Assembly (NCBI GenBank): GCA_963750165.1
Contig: CAVVPN010000001.1
Coordinates: forward strand, 288,001-352,000
Reading direction: 5' to 3'
Length of the DNA: 64,000 nucleotides
Source of the DNA: an uncultured Gemmataceae bacterium
Lineage (GTDB): Bacteria; Planctomycetota; Planctomycetia; Gemmatales; Gemmataceae
Shown: in pieces, positions 58,131-64,000 of the stretch
Layout of the letters: the number at the start of each line of letters is the position of its first letter
How positions within the stretch are numbered: the stretch's first letter is position 1
Translations under genes and position numbers: made by a program
Notes under the pieces: generated by a model
Databases searched by the model: none
What the model was told of the DNA's origin: nothing
What the model saw: only the letters and a program-made list of their open reading frames with translations

Positions 58131-58898
58131 ATGACAACCCCCCGTGTCGCCCTGGTGACCGGCAGCGGCAAGCGCCGCGTCGGCTGGCACGTCGCCGACG
58201 CGCTGGCCCGCCGCGGCTACGCCCTGGTGATCCACTACCACACCTCCGCCGCGGACGCCGCCGAAAGCGTCCGGTATTTTCAGCAGCAAGGCGTCCAGGC
58301 AGTGGCGCTGCCGGCGGACCTCAGCGACGAGCGGGCGGTGCGGGCGCTGGTCGAGCAAACCCTGGAGCACTTCGGCCGGCTCGACGTGCTCGTCAACTGC
58401 GCCGCCGTCTGGCAGCGCAAGCGCCTCGAAGACATCACCGCGGCGGATGTGCGGCGGCACTTCGAGACGAACACACTGGGCACGTTTCTATGCTGCCAGC
58501 AGGCGGGCCTGGCGATGGTGCGGCAGCCCGAGGGCGGCTGCGTCGTCAACTTCGGCGACTGGGCCGAGGTCCGACCCTATCTGAACTACGCGGCCTATTT
58601 CCCGTCGAAGGGGGCGGTGACGGCGTTGACGCGCTGCCTGGCCGTCGAACTGGGCACGCGCAACCCGCGCGTGCGCGTCAACTGCGTGCTGCCCGGCCCG
58701 GTGCTGCTGCCGCCGGACCTGCCCGAGGCCGAGCGCCGCCAGGCCATCAACGCCACGTTGGTCAAGCGTGAGGGCAGCCCCGAAAACGTCGCCCAGGCCG
58801 TCCTGTCCCTGATCGACAACGACTTCATCACGGGCGTCTGCCTGCCGGTGGACGGCGGCCGCACGATTTACTCCCCGGACGCGGAAACCGCGGAATAA
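58131..58898 (+). CDS. SDR oxidoreductase, pteridine reductase-like
   Basis: TGSGKRRVG, IHYHTS, YFPSK, VDGGR. Confidence 0.9.
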   Translation: MTTPRVALVTGSGKRRVGWHVADALARRGYALVIHYHTSAADAAESVRYFQQQGVQAVALPADLSDERAVRALVEQTLEHFGRLDVLVNCAAVWQRKRLEDITAADVRRHFETNTLGTFLCCQQAGLAMVRQPEGGCVVNFGDWAEVRPYLNYAAYFPSKGAVTALTRCLAVELGTRNPRVRVNCVLPGPVLLPPDLPEAERRQAINATLVKREGSPENVAQAVLSLIDNDFITGVCLPVDGGRTIYSPDAETAE

Positions 58899-58988
58899 GC
58901 TGACAGCCTGTGAGCCGCCGCGGCGCACTCGATGCAGGTTTGACCTATAGTTGCACGGGCCCAAAATCTTTCGTCAAGGGAGAAGCCC

Positions 58989-59822
58989 GTGTCGTTGCCA
59001 TCCACCCCACCCCCCGCGAACGAACCCGCACCGCCCGAGGAGAGCCGCCTGCTGCGCGGCCTGGAAGCAGTCGATCAGCCGTTGTTCGGCGGCCTCCGAC
59101 CGGCTTCACCGCAGTTCAGACGGGAGCCACCGCCGCTGCCCGGGGTGGCGGCCGAGCCGCCAGCCGGGGAGCCCGAATGGGCAATCCTGGTTGACGACGC
59201 GGAGCCCGTGTTGGCGATGCTGGCGGACGCCGCCGGGTGCCCGCGCTGCCAGGGCCCGCTCATCGACCCGCAAGGGCTCGGCTGGTGTCGGCAGTGCGGC
59301 TACTGCCGATCCATTGAGGAGGACCGCGACAAACTGCCCCTGCAAAATTCGGCCAGGGCGCGACCGTCGTTCCTCGGCCTCGCCGAGTTCTTCATCCTGT
59401 TGACGAAAATCCCCGCCTGGGGGTATGTGATGCTCCTCGGCTGCGTCGGGGTGGTGCTGGCGTCGATCCCGCCGGGCTGGAGCCTGCCGCTGGACTCGCT
59501 GCCGCGCGCGGTGTGGAGTACAATGCAGATTGCCGCTGGCCTGGCCGTGATCTTCGCCGCCCAGATCGTGATACTGTTCTGGCTGGCGCCGACGGATGAG
59601 AAGCTGAGTTTCAAGGACGCCGTGCTGCCGTTCCGCCTGTGGGGCCTGGCGTTCCAGCGCGGCGGCAATTTCCGCGTGCCGTTCTGGATGGGAGCCTGGG
59701 GCCTCAGCGCCATCGTCGCGGCCATCTTCGTCATCGGCGGGCTGGATTACTGGATGCGCTACCTGCCGGACAGCAAAGCCAATCAGCCGACGACGACCCA
59801 GGCCGAGCCGAAGAAGAAATAA
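58989..59822 (+). CDS. Zinc-ribbon membrane protein, hypothetical
   Basis: CPRC...CRQCGYC followed by several TM segments. Confidence 0.72.
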   Translation: MSLPSTPPPANEPAPPEESRLLRGLEAVDQPLFGGLRPASPQFRREPPPLPGVAAEPPAGEPEWAILVDDAEPVLAMLADAAGCPRCQGPLIDPQGLGWCRQCGYCRSIEEDRDKLPLQNSARARPSFLGLAEFFILLTKIPAWGYVMLLGCVGVVLASIPPGWSLPLDSLPRAVWSTMQIAAGLAVIFAAQIVILFWLAPTDEKLSFKDAVLPFRLWGLAFQRGGNFRVPFWMGAWGLSAIVAAIFVIGGLDYWMRYLPDSKANQPTTTQAEPKKK

Positions 59823-59856
59823 CGGCGGCCGTCCGCGTTCGTTTCGCCGCGCCGCC

Positions 59857-60804
59857 ATGAACACGCCGTCAACTATCGTCGGCCGCCTCGCCCCGTCGCC
59901 CACCGGGGCGCAGCACGTCGGCAACGCCCGCACTTACCTGATTGCCTGGCTGTCCGTGCGCCACCGCGGTGGCCGCCTCGTCCTGCGCATTGAGGACATC
60001 GACTCGCCGCGCGTCAAACCGGGCGCGGCCGAACAGGCCTGCGCCGACCTGCACTGGCTCGGCCTCGACTGGGACGACGGTCCCGTCGTGCAGACGCAAC
60101 GGCTGCCGCTCTACGAGGCCGCCCTGGCCCACCTCCAGGCGCTGGAACTCGTCTATCCTTGCACCTGCACCCGCAGCGACATCGAACGCGCCGCCAGCGC
60201 CCCGCACGCGGAGCACGAGGGGGCGATCTATCCCGGCACCTGCGCCGGCCGCCGCGCCGCTGACGCCGCGGCGCTGGCGGATCGGCCATTCGCCTGGCGC
60301 TTCCGGGCCGGGTCGGACGGCTTCGATCATGACGACCTGTTCCGCGGGCCGACGCACGTGGATCCGGCCGTGGCGGCCGGCGATTTTGTGGTGTGGAAGT
60401 CGGCGGGAACGCCGGCGTATCAGCTGGCGGTGGTGGTCGATGACGCGGCCCAGGGCGTCACGGAGGTGATTCGCGGCGACGACCTGGTGCCCTCAACGCC
60501 ACGGCAACTGCAGCTGTACCGGGCGCTGGGGCTGACGCCGCCGCGCTTCGGGCATGTGCCGCTGGTGGTCGGCCCCGACGGCCGGCGTCTGGCGAAGCGG
60601 CACGGCGATACGCGGTTGGCGGCGCTGCGGGCGGCGGGCGTGCGGCCGGAGGGGCTGCTCGGGCTGCTGGCGTGGTCGTGCGGTTGGCTGGAGCGGATCG
60701 AGCCGATCAGCGCCCGGGAACTGGTGCCGCTGTTCCGGCTCGACGCGCTGCCGCGGCAGCCGTTGGTGCTGGACGCGGGGCTGTTGCGGCGGGTCGGGTA
60801 TTGA
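59857..60804 (+). CDS. gluQ: tRNA glutamyl-Q(34) synthetase
   Basis: RLAPSPTG, RIEDID, YPCTCTR, YQLAVVVDD, RLAKR. Short, with no anticodon-binding domain. Confidence 0.9.
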   Translation: MNTPSTIVGRLAPSPTGAQHVGNARTYLIAWLSVRHRGGRLVLRIEDIDSPRVKPGAAEQACADLHWLGLDWDDGPVVQTQRLPLYEAALAHLQALELVYPCTCTRSDIERAASAPHAEHEGAIYPGTCAGRRAADAAALADRPFAWRFRAGSDGFDHDDLFRGPTHVDPAVAAGDFVVWKSAGTPAYQLAVVVDDAAQGVTEVIRGDDLVPSTPRQLQLYRALGLTPPRFGHVPLVVGPDGRRLAKRHGDTRLAALRAAGVRPEGLLGLLAWSCGWLERIEPISARELVPLFRLDALPRQPLVLDAGLLRRVGY

Positions 60805-60916
60805 AGCCGCTGCGAACCGGTTGCCGTTTGCCATACCGGTCTCTACCGTGCTACAATTACCTCCGAGGGTCAATAGACCCCGCACGTCACCCACATCACC
60901 CTTGAGGACCGTCGCC

Positions 60917-61764
60917 ATGTTTGAACGGATCGCCAACAGCTTCTCGCTGCGCGCAGCAGCTGGAACGTCCTGCGCACGGACAAGCAACTGCTCGTGTTCC
61001 CCATCCTGAGCGGCATCTGCTGTCTGCTGGTGCTGGCCAGCTTTGCGGCGCCGTTCATTGCCCTGCTCGTCGTGCAGCAGAAGCAGCCGGAGGACATCCC
61101 GGAGTGGATCTACTACGTGACGGCCTTCCTCTTCTACTTCTGCAACTACTTCGTCATCATCTTCTTCAACTCCGCCCTGACCAGCTGCGCCCTGATGCGC
61201 TTCAACGGCCACACACCGTCGCTGGGCGGCGGCCTGGCCGCGGCGTGGATTCGCCTGCCGCAGATTCTGGCCTGGGCGCTGGTGTCGGCGACGGTCGGCG
61301 TGCTACTCAAGATCATCGAAAACATTCACGAGCAGGTCGGCGCGCTCGTCAGCGCCCTGCTCGGCACCGCCTGGAGCATTGTCACCTTCTTCGTGGTGCC
61401 GGTCCTGGTGGTCGAGAAGGTGGGGCCGATTGACGCCGTGAAGCGTTCGGTCGAAATCCTGAAGCGCACCTGGGGCGAGGCCCTGGTCGGCCACTTCGGC
61501 ATCGGCATCTTCATCTTCCTGCTGGCGCTCCCGCTGGTGCTGCTGCTGTTCGTGGGCATCATGCTGTGCTTCGGCGGCCAGGTGCTGCTGCCGCTGGGCA
61601 TCGCCGTGGTGCTGCTGGCGGTGCTTGGTTTCCTCGGCCTGATGGCGGTCAGCTCCGCGATGGACAACGTCTTCACCGCGGCGCTGTATCAGTACGCCGC
61701 CCAGGGCCAGGTCGCGCCCGGCTTCAACGAGAGCACCTTCCGGCACGCATTCCGCTCGAAGTAA
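60917..61764 (+). CDS. DUF6159-like membrane protein; apparent frameshift near 60950
   Basis: MFERIANSFSL(A)RSSWNVLRTDKQLLVFP is restored by one G. Also FVVPVLVVE and KRTWGE. Confidence 0.8.
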
Positions 61765-61771
61765 ACAAATA

Positions 61772-61855
61772 CCAATTACGAAAACACGAAAGCACGAAAA
61801 CACGAAAAAGACAAAAGGAATTGTCTTTTTCGTGTTTTCGTGCTTTCGTGATTGG
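61772..61855. terminator. Inverted repeat with 9-bp tandem units between convergent genes
   Basis: CACGAAA(A/G) units...AAAAAGACAA versus TTGTCTTTTT...TTTCGTG units. Confidence 0.65.
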
Positions 61856-61858
61856 CAT

Positions 61859-62832
61859 TTATTCTTTTCGTGGGTCTGCCAGGCGGAAGACGTAGCGCAG
61901 GCCGCCGATGACGTGCTGCTGGAAGCGTGGGTCGCGCCAGACCTCATCGCGGTGGCCCAGCGCTGTGTAGAAGACGCGCCCCTTGCCAACCTCGTGCGTC
62001 CACGCCAGGGCGTTGTCCTTGTCGGCCCGCTTGCCCGGGTTCTTCACCGAGTCCATATCCAGCCGCATCAGCACGTGCAGGTCCTTGCGCGAGTACGGTG
62101 TGCGGAACTGGTAAATCTCGTCGGTGATCTCGAAGCGGTTGCCCAGGTGCCGGGTGGCCGGGTGGTTCTTGTCCTCGACGATGACGCCGACCTTCTGGTG
62201 CCAGGGGTGGCCGTCGAAGTAGCCGCCGATCAGCTCGCCGTACCCCTTCCAGTTGTAGAAGGTGTCGGTGGCGCTGTGGCTGCCGGCGAAGCCCTTGCCG
62301 GAGCGGATGAAGCCGAGCAGGTCCGCCTTCTGCGTGTCCGACAGCGGCAGCGAACCCGTCGTGTAGAAGAACACCGCGTCGAAGGGTTTCAGGTTCTCGG
62401 CGGTGATTTCCTTGCGCGAGTCCTGCGAGCACACCACGTCGAACAGGCCCGTCTCCTCCGCCAGTTTGAAGAACGTTTCTTCCACGACGGCCGGCTTGAC
62501 GGTGGCCACGATCTTGCCGTCGGCGGCGCGCAGCTCGAACGGTTTGCCGGACGGCACCCGGCCGTGATAAAACGCCTCCACCTTCTCCTTTTCGACGCCC
62601 TTCTTGTCCTTGGTCTTGCTGACGCGGACTTCAAGGCCGTCCACCTTGGGCACGGCCTTCGGGTCCACGCCCTTCGCCAGTTCCACCTTGCGGGTCACGC
62701 AGCCGTGGCGAAAGCCCTTCGACTCGGTGATGACCAGCAGGTTTTTCTTCGGTCCCTTGTTGGCCTGGGCGCCGGCGGCGCCACCAGGCCCAGCACCGCC
62801 GCGGCGGCCAGGGCCAGCATCCAGGTACGCAT
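61859..62832 (-). CDS. ThuA-domain protein; signal peptide out of frame near 62780
   Basis: KGFRH, GSHSATDT, GGYFDGHPW, DEIY, GRVFYTALGH. The signal peptide MRTWMLALAAAAVLGL is in an adjacent frame. Confidence 0.88.
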
Positions 62833-62852
62833 GCAACTCCTCCCCATGATGT

Positions 62853-63857
62853 TCAGTCCTTTTCCGGCACGATCCAGATATTGCGGTAATACACCGGGTT
62901 GCCGTGGTTCTGCAGGTTGATCGGCCCCGGCTGGTTGGAAGCGCCGCCCTTCAACTCGACATTGTCGTGAATCAGCACGCCGTTGTGCAGCACCGTGACG
63001 CGCGGCGCGGCGGTCAGCTTGCCCTTGGCGTCGTAGCGCGCGGCCTTGTAGGTGATGTCATAGGTCTGCCACGACAGCGGCGGGTAACACATGTTGACCA
63101 GCGGGGCGGTCTGGCCGTAGATGCCGCCGCACTCGTTGTTCAATCCCTTGAGGCCGAAGCTGTCGAGCACCTGGATTTCATAGCGGCCCTGCAGGTAGAC
63201 GCCGCTGTTGCCGCGGCCCTGGCCGCGCGCCGTCGGCTGGAACGGCGTGCGGAACTCGATGTGCAGCTGAAAATCCTTGAACTTCTTCTTGCTACTCGTG
63301 CCCATCTGCAGCAGGTCGCCCTCGACGATCTTGCCGCCCTGCCACTCGTCGGCGTTCTTGCCGTCGAAGAGGACGACGGCGCCGGATGGCGGCTGCTTGC
63401 CGAGCGTCGGGCTCTTGCGCAGGACGTGCTTCAGCGAAAATTCCGCGCCGGTGTCGCTCTTGCCGCTCAGGGTGACGGCACCCTTATCATAGAAGCCGCC
63501 GCTCCACTTGCCGTCCAGTTTCGCCGGCATCGTCGTGCCGTCGGGGGTGCGGTCGATCCTGGCGTTGACCTTGGTGCGCGTCTTGCCGTCCCAGCCGGCG
63601 CCCGGCAGGCCGCCCGGCAGGAAATTCACTTCGAGTTTGTCATTGCCCAGCGCGATCACCTGGGCGCCGTACTTCTGGCCGCCCAGAGTGCCTTCGTACT
63701 CGCCTTGCAGGGCGAACTCGGTCCCGGCCTTGCCCGGGTCGAGGAAGACGGCGGGCTTCTTCTTGTCCGGTTGTTTCTTGTCCTGGGCGGCGTGGCCGTT
63801 CGCCAGCGCGGCGAGCAGCGCGACCGTCACGAGGGTGCCGACATGGTGGAATCGCAT
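62853..63857 (-). CDS. DUF1080 (3-keto-disaccharide hydrolase-like) exported protein
   Basis: LFDGK, RGNSGVYLQGRYEIQVLDS, LQNHGNPVYYRNIW. Confidence 0.93.
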   Translation of the reverse strand: MRFHHVGTLVTVALLAALANGHAAQDKKQPDKKKPAVFLDPGKAGTEFALQGEYEGTLGGQKYGAQVIALGNDKLEVNFLPGGLPGAGWDGKTRTKVNARIDRTPDGTTMPAKLDGKWSGGFYDKGAVTLSGKSDTGAEFSLKHVLRKSPTLGKQPPSGAVVLFDGKNADEWQGGKIVEGDLLQMGTSSKKKFKDFQLHIEFRTPFQPTARGQGRGNSGVYLQGRYEIQVLDSFGLKGLNNECGGIYGQTAPLVNMCYPPLSWQTYDITYKAARYDAKGKLTAAPRVTVLHNGVLIHDNVELKGGASNQPGPINLQNHGNPVYYRNIWIVPEKD

Positions 63858-64000
63858 CGCAGCATCTCCGGGCAGGTGGGGAGGCGGGGCGCCTCAACGG
63901 GCGAGCCAGTGGCGGGGTTCGTTCTGGCGGGGACTTTCCGTCATTTAAGCAGAAATGCAGCGGGACACCAGCGAAAAAGGGAGAAATTTACGCGGTCGGC

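Noticed and set aside
59857..60804. Glutamyl-tRNA synthetase gltX
   Set aside because: Only 315 aa with no anticodon-binding domain, which fits GluQ.

Overview
GC-rich bacterial DNA, very probably from a Planctomycete of the Gemmataceae type. The evidence is a YTV Cys-rich protein, DUF1501, an ECF sigma factor with a C-terminal extension, HEAT/WD40/propeller proteins and many REP-like palindromes. The first ~12.7 kb is accessory DNA next to a tRNA-Leu(GAG). It holds an FG-GAP protein end, an IS66-family element with exact IRs and target duplication, an IS5 remnant, and an AT-richer XRE + pentapeptide-repeat cassette. It also holds an integrative element (ParB-like, VirD4-like coupling protein, small membrane proteins, excisionase, tyrosine integrase) with no visible relaxase or VirB genes. 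The rest looks mostly chromosomal: three tandem HEAT+beta-propeller paralogues, a DUF4175-like giant, a cluster of C-terminally anchored paralogues with two copies of a small promoter+ORF cassette, an LRR-Roc-COR + TIR gene pair, lepA, an interrupted str operon (rpsL-Zn finger-rpsG-antisense ORF-divergent fusA, no tuf), a mirror-symmetric Cys-rich YTV protein, cobB, folD, an ECF sigma-DUF1501 fusion, gluQ, ThuA and DUF1080. About nine genes are broken by apparent single-base deletions in G/C runs, most likely sequencing error. All family calls come from motif recognition by eye, with no database search.
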